Positions 26,644 through 38,200 of a stretch of DNA of 64,000 nt are shown in pieces (position 1 is the first letter of the stretch; each line of letters starts with the position of its first letter). The notes beneath the pieces are model-generated. The model did no database searches. It was not told where the DNA came from and was given only the letters and a program-made list of their open reading frames with translations. Origin of the DNA: Candidatus Aenigmatarchaeota archaeon (GTDB lineage Archaea > Aenigmatarchaeota > Aenigmatarchaeia > CG10238-14 > SCSR01); contig JAVZHQ010000001.1 of NCBI GenBank assembly GCA_038998335.1, positions 544,001 to 608,000 on the forward strand, written 5' to 3'. A program made the position numbers and the translations under genes.

Positions 26644-27383
26644 TAGAAAAGGCTCTTAAGCCTTGAAATAAAGCTTGGTTTTTTGTAGTCTAAACCAGAA
26701 AGAAAATGAGCTATTTTAACAAACTCTTCAGCTTTTTTTCTTTTATAAAAAATTAAGGGCATCCTTGCTGCTTCGCTTCTCAAAAAGTCTTCATCCTCTT
26801 TTATTACCCCAAGCAAAGGAAGCTCTACAAGTTGAGAAATTTCTTTTGGTTTAAGCTCAAAATCCTTTTTCCTGTACTTGTTAACTATTATTCCCAAAGG
26901 GTTTATTCCAAGCTGAAGAGCAAGGTTTCTGCATTTTATAGCATCTACTACCGAAGCTATGCTCGGGTTTGTCACTATTATTATGTCATCGCTTGCTTGA
27001 ATTGAAGCTAAGGCTTCTCTTCCAAAACCAGGAGCAGAATCAAGCAAGACTATTTCAAAATCTTTCATAAAATTTTTAATTCTTGCTTTTAAATCAATAG
27101 TCTCTATTCCTGACAAATCTGCTAAGTTTAAGGAAGCAGGCACAACATAAATGTTAAAAACTGGATATAAAGCCTTTTCTATTCCAATCTCATTTCTCAA
27201 AACGTTGTTTAAAGTATTTCCTGGGAGCATCCCAAACTCTAGAGCTAAATGGGAAGTTGTGAAGTTAAAGTCTATTAAACCAACTCTCTTGTTTAGCAAG
27301 CCTAAGGCACAAGCTAAGTTTATTGCCACTGTTGTTTTTCCTACTCCTCCTTTTCCTGCTATTATTCCTATTGTTCTTGTCAT
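26640..27383 (-). CDS. minD: MinD/ParA family ATPase with C-terminal amphipathic helix
   Basis: Deviant Walker A KGGVGKTT, LLDSAPG, GIIVNK, C-terminal SFISRLKSLF; ATG at 27383 overlaps the upstream TGA. Confidence 0.85.
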   Translation of the reverse strand: MTRTIGIIAGKGGVGKTTVAINLACALGLLNKRVGLIDFNFTTSHLALEFGMLPGNTLNNVLRNEIGIEKALYPVFNIYVVPASLNLADLSGIETIDLKARIKNFMKDFEIVLLDSAPGFGREALASIQASDDIIIVTNPSIASVVDAIKCRNLALQLGINPLGIIVNKYRKKDFELKPKEISQLVELPLLGVIKEDEDFLRSEAARMPLIFYKRKKAEEFVKIAHFLSGLDYKKPSFISRLKSLFY

Positions 27384-27739
27384 TTCTTCACCAGCTTGTA
27401 GTATTTCTTTCTGTCTATCAAAACTCCTTCTGTTATTCCTTCTGCTGTTAGCTCTCTGAAGTATTCGTTGCATCGCGTTCTTGAAAGGTTTATTAGCTTG
27501 CTAAGCTGAGAAGAAGTTAGCCTTTTATGCTGCTCAAGCAAGGAAATTATTTGTTCTTTTATCTTTGCTTTTCTCACGCTTTCGTTTTCTTTTCCTTCCT
27601 GAAGCATAGCCTCAAGCTTTTCTATCCTTTTCAAAAGATCTTCTAGTGTTATTTCTTGTTTTGCTTCTTTTTTTGTCGGAACCAAAAAGTTTTTTACTCT
27701 CTGAACAAAGAAAAACTGCTCTTCTCTTAAGCTTTTCAT
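27380..27739 (-). CDS. Coiled-coil plus winged-helix DNA-binding protein coupled to MinD
   Basis: LEDLLKRIEKLEAML; LTSSQLSKLINLSRTRCNEYFRELTAEG. Confidence 0.8.
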   Translation of the reverse strand: MKSLREEQFFFVQRVKNFLVPTKKEAKQEITLEDLLKRIEKLEAMLQEGKENESVRKAKIKEQIISLLEQHKRLTSSQLSKLINLSRTRCNEYFRELTAEGITEGVLIDRKKYYKLVKK

Positions 27740-27749
27740 AATTATAATA

Positions 27750-28210
27750 TGTCGAATTGTCGAATTAAATCTTATTATTCGACTGATTGTTGGAGCTCGA
27801 CAGTCAGATTTTTTCCAGCCTTAGATTACTGACTAAAAAATGCCTTGTTTTTAAAAAGCTTTTTTCTTGATTTTTTAAGGTTTAAAGATGGTTTTTTCTA
27901 TCGACACAAAAACTGCTTCTAAATTCTAATACTTCGACAAAAATAGTTAACATTAATGTTAGCCATTAGTATACAGAATAGTCGAGATTTTCTTTGCTCG
28001 AGAAAAAATCGACTGTTTAGAATGGAAAAAATTTTGAGGTTTGAAAAAAATGAAAGCTTTGAGCAAGCTTAAGTCGCAAAGTGCAATTTTACCAATCTTT
28101 ACAGTAATCTTAGTAGGTTCGCTTACAGCTTATTCTGTTCAAAACCTAAGCCTTTTAAACAGCTCAGAAAACCCTGAGATAAAAGAAACTGTCGAGACGA
28201 AAAAAGTCGA
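27750..28210. repeat. Cluster of WGTCGA/TCGACW boxes in the divergent spacer
   Basis: Boxes at 27750, 27758, 27779, 27797, 27901, 27934, 27980, 28009, 28190, 28205. Confidence 0.7.
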
Positions 28211-28466
28211 AATATTCTTGACAGAACCTCAAAAAATTACCAGAGGAGAACAAACAACGATAAAAGCAGAGGTTAAAGCTCTTTCTCAAGTAAGAAACTT
28301 GAAAGTTTATTGGCAAGTTCCTGAAGGTTTGGAAGCTAGTGAAAGAGAAAAGGATTGTGGAGATTTGGAAGCAAACTCTTCTTGCATTTCTGAAATTTTG
28401 GTCAAATCTTCTCTTCTTACTGAGCTAGGAAAAAATGAGATAAAGGTTTTGGTGAGCTATGAGTAG
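28050..28466 (+). CDS. Small exported protein with class III (pilin-like) signal and an Ig/CARDB-like domain
   Basis: GAGGT SD; KLKS|QSAILPIFTVILVG; VYWQVPEG...CGDL...SC. Confidence 0.7.
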   Translation: MKALSKLKSQSAILPIFTVILVGSLTAYSVQNLSLLNSSENPEIKETVETKKVEIFLTEPQKITRGEQTTIKAEVKALSQVRNLKVYWQVPEGLEASEREKDCGDLEANSSCISEILVKSSLLTELGKNEIKVLVSYE

Positions 28467-28481
28467 AAAAAAACAAAAAAT

Positions 28482-28901
28482 TCATTTGGATTTGAGTAAG
28501 TCTTCAACTTCCTTATCTGTCAATACTTTAATGAATCTTTGTCTTTTCAATTTTGCGTCTCTTGACCAAATAGGAGCTTTTTTAAAAGCTAAGGATAAGG
28601 CAAAGAATGGAATGTCTTTTTTGTGTGGAGATATTTTTTTAGCTTCTTCTAAAAATTCCAAGTATTTCGACTTAGGAACAATTTCAACAACTTTTTCTAG
28701 CTCCTCTATAAATTTTTTAAACTCAACCTCGCTAAACCCGGTAAATTTTATCAAATCTTTTTTAACCTTCAATAATTCTTCTTTACTAAACTCAGGACTA
28801 ATAACCCTTACTCCTTTATTCCAGAGTTGTTTAAGTAATTTCAGGACTCTACCTTTTCCTGCCAAAGAAAACAATATATTTGTATCTGCAATTAAAAACA
28901 T
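28482..28901 (-). CDS. vapC: PIN-domain (VapC-like) toxin
   Basis: LIADTNIL, EEL, KDIPFFAL, IWSRD..LK. Confidence 0.88.
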   Translation of the reverse strand: MFLIADTNILFSLAGKGRVLKLLKQLWNKGVRVISPEFSKEELLKVKKDLIKFTGFSEVEFKKFIEELEKVVEIVPKSKYLEFLEEAKKISPHKKDIPFFALSLAFKKAPIWSRDAKLKRQRFIKVLTDKEVEDLLKSK

Positions 28902-29159
28902 CTACAATAACCCATGTTTTTTTGCAATCTCTTCTTTCAGTTTATCACCAAGAATTAATGCTTGTTTTTTTGTTAATTTAGACTTGGACGCAACTCTTTT
29001 AAGTTCTTTAAACGCTAATTCCCTCTCTAACCTTTCTCTTAAAGAGCCTTCGATTCCTTTGGCTATTATTTCAGGTAAGAGTTTTTCCATATCAAGACTT
29101 GCTATAAGTTTCTTAACACTCTTTTCTACTTCTTTTGGTACCTCTAATTCAACTTTCAT
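28902..29159 (-). CDS. Putative antitoxin of the PIN toxin
   Basis: Small charged ORF directly upstream of PIN; ASKSKLTKK.A..L..K.KE motif; start MKVELEVP at 29159. Confidence 0.7.
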   Translation of the reverse strand: MKVELEVPKEVEKSVKKLIASLDMEKLLPEIIAKGIEGSLRERLERELAFKELKRVASKSKLTKKQALILGDKLKEEIAKKHGLL

Positions 29160-29255
29160 AATTATTTCTTCTTTAACTAGGTTTATAAACCTTCTTTTTT
29201 CAACTCTTGGTTCAATTTTAAAACTTTTCATACAAGCTTGGAAAGGAAGTTTGTT

Positions 29256-32200
29256 ATGAGTAGAAAGTCTGAAGTAGGACAAAGCCAACTTTTCTTAGCA
29301 TTTCTTGTACTCTTGTCAGGAATTACTCTAGTAATAGCAACAAATTCAAGTTTAACAGGAAACTTTGTTTTTAGAAATGAAGATTTAGCTTCTACTTTTA
29401 TAGAAGTCTGGGCAAACACTTCTATTAACCTTGAGTCTAATAAGAATCTTATAATAGCAAGATTACTATTGGATAATTCTTCTGTTTTGCCTGAACAAGA
29501 AATTAAGTTTTACCTTAACGATTCTTTAATTTTTTCCAGTTTTACTGATTCTGAAGGGAAAGTTGAGTTTGAGTTGAAGGAAAGTGGGATTTTAAAAGCA
29601 GTTTTTGAAGGAAATTCTTCTTTGTTTTTAAACCCTTGCTTTTCAGAAATTGAAGTTAAAAAAGTTGAAGAGAATTTAAGCGAAGAAAACGTAACAATTC
29701 CTGAGGTTAATTTAAGCTATTTGACAATTTTTACTGATAAGGAAGAGTATAGTTTGAACGAAACTGTCAATGTTTTTGGAGAGCTTATTTTTGAAGGAAA
29801 AAGAGAAAATGCTCATGCCAATTTAACCTTAGAATTCAACTCTTCTGTTATTTTTTCAGAAGAAGTAGAAATAATAAACGGAAGCTTTAGCTATTCTTTT
29901 GCTGCAAATCTTGAAGAAGAAGGAGTTTATACTTTAGCGATTAAAACTTTAAATCTAACGAACAAAACAAGCTTTTACTTTTCTTTACCCAGAATAAACG
30001 TAACAAAAAACTTAACTCAGCTTTTGGATGTAAATGCTTTCGTTTTTGTAGAGAACATTACTAAAGGAAATAAAACTTTTAAGCTTGTTAAGATTTTTGG
30101 AAATGTTAGTTTTAATCAGAGCTTAACTTTTGCTAATGTTTTTGCTAGAGTAAAAGACCCTGAAGGGGAAACGATTTTTGAAGATGAAACTTTTAGTGAA
30201 AACTTTTTGTTTAGTTTTGAGCTCTTGCCTAAGCGTTCTGGAACTTATGTTGTAGAAATTTTTGCTAAAACAGAGCTTGGAAACGCAAGTAAAAGCTTAA
30301 GTTTTGACGTTTTTAAACACTTAAGACTTAAACCTAAGATTAAGCAAGAAAAATTTAACTATGAGTTGGGAGAAAAAATAAGGTTTGAAATTTTGGTTAT
30401 AGATGAAGATACTAACAAGCTTTATCCTAATGCAAACTTAAAAGTTTTTGTCATCGATCCTGAAGGAAATGAAAAGGAAGTTAGTTTTGATGGAAAAGAT
30501 GGAAAGTATTTTGTAGAAGTAGATATAGGTAAAACCTTTAGGCCGGGGTTGTACAAATTAAAAGTTAAAATTGTGAGGGAAGAACCTACTGAAAAAAGTA
30601 AGGGACAATTCAAACTTTTGAAAACTGAAGAGGAAGTTTTAACTGAAGAGGAAACAAGTTTTGGGGTTGGGTTAGTAGTTATTAATACTCCAAAATCAAT
30701 CTATCTGCTAAAAGAAACTGCTAAAATAATCGTTGGAGTTGTAAATGAAATTGGGAAGAGGGTTGATGATGCAGAAGTTAATGTTTTAGTTTCTTCTCCT
30801 TCTGGGAAGATTTACACATTTTCAACAGTAACTAACTCGGTCATTAACAACGAGGACGGAACTTATGAAATATATTTTAAAGAGTTAGACGAAATTGGCA
30901 ACTACACTATTTTGGCAGACGTTCATACTGATAGTTTTATTGTCAACCAAACATCTTTCTTTGAAGTTAGAGATTTTGTCGAGTTTGATGTTGAAAGAAA
31001 AATGCCAACAATGAGCGAGATTGCATCAGTATTTCAAGTCAAAATTAAAATTGTCCCAAAAATCAATGCTTCTAACGTTTCAGTAGTAGAAAGAGTTCCG
31101 AAGGGCTTTTCCCACATTACTGCTAAAAACGCGAAAATAGAATATGGAGATGATGAATACAGAATTGTTTGGAATTTCGATTATCTTAATTCAGAAAACC
31201 TGATAGAATTAGAGTACTTTTTGGAAAATTATTTTGAATCTCCTGTAATTTTTAAATTTGGACCTTTAACAATAAATTCTTCAGAAACTAGTTTTGTTGA
31301 GCTGAAAGAATGGAACCTTATAGTTACTGATGTTATTTATTACACAATTTTCTGGGAATTTTATAGAGATTCGGAAGCTGTTCATCCGATGGCTTTGTGC
31401 AGAGGAATGAACTACACGATAAGATTTTCCATTGTTGACACAGCAATGGACGAAGATATGGCTTCAAATCAACAAGGAACTTTAAAAATTATGCTAGAGA
31501 ACGAAGGCAGCTTCCAAACATTACCGTACAAAGGTTTTATTTCACAAAACCCACAAACTGTTCAAAGAACAAGAAATGATGCATCTACCTGTTCGGAAAC
31601 AGCCGATAACGATCCTTGTGTTTATAATTTAATTTGGAATTTTAACATTTCTAATACTGCACCTACTGGCTCACATACATTGAAACTGGAACTTTCAACA
31701 ACACCGCAAGCACCAAGATATTTAACTGAGAGAATTAACATCTATGTAACTGATTGTGACCCAATAGGTTTAGCAAGAGATGCACTAATATTGGGTCCGC
31801 AAGATAACGTTGAAATTGACCAAAAAGCTCCAAACTTTTATTCTTATAGAGTAATTGCTGGTAGTTTAGCCAGGTTTGTTTTACCTTTAAAAAATTATGG
31901 AACAAGCTCTGTAAATGCAAATGTATCAATAAAAATATTAAGTGAAGAGAAGGAAGTTAGCTGGTATTTCCCTGAAGGAAACACCCAATCAATAACCCTT
32001 TCACCTAACACAGAAAGAATTGTTGTATGGAAAACTTGGGTCCCAGACGATGCACGCGGAACCTATACAGCTCTTTTTACTATTCAGACGCAAGATAAAA
32101 CAGTAACAATACAAAGGAATTTTGAGGTTTATACTTTTCCTATTGTTATTTATCAAGCATCACCAGATTGGATCATAGCCAGAAGGACAGGTGTAAAATA

Positions 32201-35200
32201 CAGAACTGTTTCTATTTGTAATTATGGTGATTATAACCTTACTGTTAATATTACGGAAATTAATTCCATGCAAGGAGGCACCACAGTTACTGCTTATCCT
32301 ACCGCAAATATTACTACTTCTACTAGAGTAGAATGGTGGCTAAAAAGCATACCAACATCCAGATGTTTTATATACAATTTGACTTACACAAATCCGGGGG
32401 ATATAGATCCTGGCCTCGAAGAATTCATTGTTATGGTCACTTATATCAATCCTTCTACTAACCTAGTTGAAACCTTAACAGACACCTTTTCAACAATTCA
32501 AATTGATGCCAGAGATAAACCACAACTTAATGTAAGATTGTTTCCAACTCTTGTAAACGCTAACAATACTCTGGTCTCATTAGTCATTAGCAACAATGGA
32601 AGAACTATTGGTATGGCTGTTTCACAAATAAGACTTTATATACCAGCAGGATTTATACCCTATCAATTCTCTTTAACTCCTGATACAGGATATCCAATCG
32701 GATCTGCTGAAGAAGGTTGGGTTGTAACATGGTCGCCTTACTCAACAAACAGCTATCTTTATTCTATAGGCGTTGGGGGATCGGCAAGTTTAACCTTTAG
32801 ACTTAACGTCTCTGACATTAGAAATTTTTCACCTGGAGGTAAAATTTTTACTGTCACGATATCTGGTTATCCGACTACTATTGATTCAAATACTTTAAGG
32901 ATGCTTCTCTTTCCTACCGCAAAGTTTGTAGTGGAAAGAGAAGGTCCGCTTTTAAAAACAATAAGATATTACAATACTACACCAGCAGATGAACTGTTAG
33001 ATTTTCCAACTTTTTTTGTTTGTGGTAATTTTACAACAAAGTTACAAGTTTTTAATAAAGGAAACTTGCCAGCTAATAATTTCAACATAACTGAAAATAA
33101 GAATAATGTGAGTGTAACTCATCCTAACGATTTGCAATTTTCTTCTTTTGCTCCAACACCAAGTTATTACCTTCAATCTCGACTAATAAACTGGGATGGT
33201 AGCATAAATTTCATAGCTACAGGCAAAGATAATGCGAAAAACTATTCTTATTTAATTTCTGTTCCTTACCAGACAAATGGAACTTTTACTTTCTTTGCTC
33301 AACCAAAGAATGGAACTTTTACTTTCTTTGACGAAAATTACACAATTTTTATAGCATGCGGTGCTTCTTTAAGTGTTAGCGAACCAACAACAAAAAAAGG
33401 AGAAATAACTAACCCAACAATTTATGCTGGTGATATTTTCAACATTTCTTCAACAATTTATAACGATGGGCCAGGAAATGCAAGCAATGTTATAGTCGAA
33501 ATCAACTATACAAACACAACTCCCATTTCAGGCTTAGAAAATCTTGTAATTAAAAACTTTACCCAAGAAATTAGCAACTTAACTTACTTCGAAACAATTG
33601 GCCCAAAACAATCTAAAGTTGCTCATGTTGATTATACTTACATCGTTAATACAAGCGGTGTATCTCCAGGAACAATAAGGTTTTGCATAAAAGCAAACGC
33701 AACAGAAAATTCTAGTGAAGTTATAGCATGTAAAGATGTAACTCTAAATGCACCACCAGCAGTAATTGAAATGGAAAACCCGCTAATAATTTCTGATGAA
33801 ACCGGAACTTCAATCGGTTCTTGGGGTTTCAACTTCACTTTTAACATAAGCATTAGAGTTAGCAATTCAGATAATGATGTAGCTGTTTGTGCTTACTTTA
33901 GCAAAACTGGCACTGAACCTTGGAAGTTAGTTAGTTGCGATAGCTATCCTGCTCCAGGCTCATCTACAGGGCAATGGAGAAATTTCACTTTTAAGTTTGA
34001 TGCTGGTTGTGAAGATATAGGTTCGCCCGTATTTGTAAAATTCAATGCAACAAACAATGCAGGAACAACAAATTCAACCTCAACAACTTTTGCAATAACA
34101 AAAGATCAAGTGATATTTGAGGATATAATTGGAAATAACACAGAAACAAGAAGAGGAAAAACAACAACCTTACTTGCATTAAGAGTTAGGGATGCTAACG
34201 GAACTTTAATTACGAACTTACCAATAACTTTTTATGTAACGTTAGATGGCTCTATTTACGATTCTGGAACAACCAATTTAACTAATGCTTCTGCTTATGC
34301 AAACTATTACTTCCAAGCAAGATGCTCGCCAAAATATCAAGTAGGTTATCAAAGATGGAAAGTTATTTTAAGTAACGATGCATGCTACCAAGACAATTCA
34401 ACAGAAAGCTACTTTAATCTATCAGTACTAGTTACAGGAGATATTATTCTCAATTTTGTAAGACCAGATGGTCTGACAAACTATACACAAGAGCAAGAAG
34501 TTCCATTCTTGGGAGCAACTACTGATGATTGTGGAGATGCATTAACAACAACAGTAAGATATTTTGCAAATAAAAGTGAGCAAAGCTTTGAATGCTCTCC
34601 GGTAAGCCAAGTAGGAGCTAACGCTTACACTTGCGACTGGCAAACTTATATTTCTACACCTATGGGTTGGTATAATGCTACTATGATTGCAAACAGAACT
34701 TACCATTATTCAAACAGTACTGCAAATCTCGGCTTTCCAGGTTTATTCTATTTGTTCCCAGTAAAAAAACTTGAGAATCCTTCAGCTATGCCAACAACAG
34801 AAGGTTGGGGTTATAGAAACTGGAATTTCTCTGTAATAGCAAGCTCAGGAGATTCAGAAAATGTTTTGAATGTTAGCTTGTACATGGCAAAATCCTGGCC
34901 TCCTACAACAAAGTGTGATGCTCCAACTTGCCTAAACCAAACTCCAACAGAATGTTTTAATTGTATAGGAGAAACAAAGTTCTGGTATCGCAACTTTTCA
35001 GCTAACGAGCAAGGAACTTGGTATTATCAGTTTAAAATGGACGGAAAAGAAACTGAACAAGTTTTATCTGTTAACGTAGAAAAAGATGATAGTTTGATAG
35101 AATATGCAGAAGGAAACAATTCTTTTGCTAAGTATCAGCCTGCTCAAGCTGCAAAGCTTGTTGTAAGAGTTTTTGACTTGGATGCTAATACTTACAACTT

Positions 35201-38200
35201 GAATCCTCCTGCAAGCGTTAACTTCAGAATAAAGTATAACGGAGTTTACGATAGAATTGTAGGAAGCAACACAACCAATTCTTCAGGCTATGCAGAATTT
35301 TATTTCATTCCTGATTGCAGCTTTAACGGTGGAAACCAGTATTGGTATGCTGAAATAAATTCAAGCGAACCAAACTACAAGCCAAACGTTTCGCAAGAAT
35401 TCAACATAAGCTTAGATGTTTCAGGTTGTGTACCGCAAGTAAAAGTTTCTGCATCTTATAACCCAAGAGAAGTTTTCCTCTATCGCAACTTTACTGTTAA
35501 CGCAAGCATAACAACAATCGGCCCAGAAGGAAGTCAAGCAAATAGCGTTTATGTTAACATAAGCTTGCCTTCAGGCTGGCAAGTTGACGAAATAACAAAA
35601 AGCTTAGGAAGCATACAAGTAGGAGAAGTGAAAACAGTTTGGTGGCATGTTAACGCTACAAGCTATGGTTTAGCTAACGTAACGATTTTTGCAAACTCAA
35701 GTAATGCTGGAAGCGATTCTTTAACTTCCAACAACTTTATAGTTTACAAGCTCAAAGAAGCTTCTCTTCCCTTAGAGTCATTGCCTGTTGAATTGCAAGG
35801 AAATGAAGAAAAAATATTTTCATGGCAGTGTGAAGCAGGAGAATACAGAATTGCCAACTTAACAATAGCTTCAGCAAACTTAACCTCTCAACCAAAAGAA
35901 GTTTTGCTGAGAGTTTTTGTTTATAATGGAAACGAATGGATTGATGTATTGCACAACTATAAAATTAACTTGACTTCAGAAAGAAAAGATTTTGTTCCTA
36001 TATTGCAGAATCAAATAAACGTTAACGAAACTGGCTATTGCAGAGTTAAAATAAGCAATTTAGGAAGCAATCCAATCAACCTAACTAGCTTAACTCTTTC
36101 AGCTTACTCCAACGAAACTGTTCAAATTCAGGATATTGAAGTTAAAGTTAAAGAGCAAACCACTACTGGAATAGAATCAAGCGAAGAATTTTTCAACGTT
36201 ACTGTAAGAATTGCAAACTCAAACTCTAACAGTTATTCAGGAAATCTTTGGCTCAACATTACAAACAGCTCAAGCTATTTAGTTTACTCTTCTTCTCAAC
36301 CTGTTAACATTCCACCTAATAGCATAGCTCTAATTAACTTTACAAACATACCAACTTCTAATTGGTTAGAAGATGATTACAACTTGAAAGCTTACCTAAG
36401 CTACAATTCTAAATCAACAGAAAGAGCAGAGCAACTTATATTCAAAAATATTATTGTTTCGAGCAAAACAAGCAGATGGATTTGCAACTCTTCAACCGAG
36501 CAATACAACGTTACAATAGTTCATCCTTTTGCTGATAGCGTAGAATATAACGTAAGCTTGGAAGTTCCTCCTGGCTGGAGCTTTAGCCCAAGCTATCAAA
36601 CAATAACTACAAACTCTCCTGGAAATTATACTCTAAGCTTTAACTTAACTTCAAGCAATGCTGCTAGCGAAATTGTAATTATTAACGCAACCGTTAATTA
36701 TACCTATCCTGGAATCCAAAAATCAAAAAAAGCAAGCTTTAGTGTAGAGGAAAGCAATTCTATAGCAATTCTAGAAGTGATAAGGGAAACTCCAAAAATA
36801 ATAGGAAAAGATACTGTCTTTGATTCTCAGCTAACCGTTCATAACAAAGGATGCGCTCCAACAAGCGGAACAACAGTAGTTAAAGAAGTTTTGTCAACAG
36901 GTTGGACTCCTGCAAATCCGGGAATAAAAACAAACGAGTACGGCCAAGACGTTCAACTAATTTCAAGCTCAGTTGATTTGATAAATAATGTAATAATATG
37001 GCAGCTTGGTTCGATAGGAGTAAACAAGTATGCAGTTCTAACTTATCAAGTTAAGTCTCCTCCAAGCCTAAGCCAGCAAGGAAGCTTAAGGTATAACGTA
37101 AGCTGGGAAGGTAAAAGCTTACAAGAAGAAAAGGCTTATTTCATTCAAACTTTCAATTATACAGAAGAACCTCACCTAGAATTTGATTTAGAAGTTTTGC
37201 AGCAAGCCGATTATCCATGGCCAGAACCAAGGTCAGCTCAGTTAAACAAAAACTACAACTATAGCTTAAAAGTAACCAATATTGGAGATAGCTTAGCAAG
37301 CAATTGGAATGTAAGCATAAAAATACCAGAAAGCTGCGAAGTCAAGCAAGTTTATAATTCAGGATTTTGGAATGAAACTTCTAGAAAAATAACATGGCAG
37401 CTTCCTGATTTGGCTGTTTATTCAAGCGTAAGACTTAACTTCACTTTAAACTGCTCTTCTGTAGGCAAACAAGTTTTTATAGCAGAAGGAATAAAAGATA
37501 CGAGAGAAGAAACAAGCTTTGTTAATGATACAAACATAAACTGCTTTGGTTCAAGCTGCTCGTTAACTCAAGCTTACAGCTTCACTAAACCAAGCAATGC
37601 AAGATATGAAAAACTGAAGGAAGCAAACTTTTTGATAAGTTATGAATGGAAAGGACAGAACGTAACTATCGGACAAGCTTCTGTTAGTTTTGCTGATGAT
37701 TTGCTTAATTACAAAATTGCTTGGCAGAATTATTCCTTAGGTTCTTCTAACGGAAAGGTTTGGGGCAATTATAGCATAGACGAAAACGAGCAAGAAAATT
37801 ACATTCTAGCAAGCAGGAACATAGCAATAAACGCTTATGCAGATGCAACTTATGAGCCGAAAGCCAATTTAACAGTTGAAAAAATTGTCTACACTTGGAA
37901 AACTGGAAGGCTTTTCGAAGAAAATCAAGAGCTATTCGCAAAAATTAAAGTCTATACTTACACTCCTTTGCTTGAAAACTCAACCTTATACATAAACGGA
38001 GATAAGACAAGAACCATAGGAGGTTGGGGAGAGCAATTCAACTTTAGCGTGATGGTAAGAGATAGGTTTGGTCGTGACGTTACAGTTTATGCATGGCACA
38101 GAAAAGGAATTGCTGATTATTCGCTAATAGGAAGCTGGATTTGCTATTCTTGCTTAGAATGGACTCAAGTCAATTTCAGCTATGATTATGTTGGTTCAGA

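Noticed and set aside
27384-27473. Longer N-terminus of MinD given in the ORF track
   Set aside because: It overlaps the wHTH gene; the ATG at 27383 gives an ATGA overlap and normal Walker A placement
29238-29255. TTG start of the giant ORF
   Set aside because: ATG at 29256 matches the duplicated MSRK start and gives a better signal peptide
28459-29259. 266-aa plus-strand ORF as a real protein
   Set aside because: It is the antisense shadow of the in-frame vapBC pair, with S/F/L-rich non-protein-like composition; kept only as a possible coupling device
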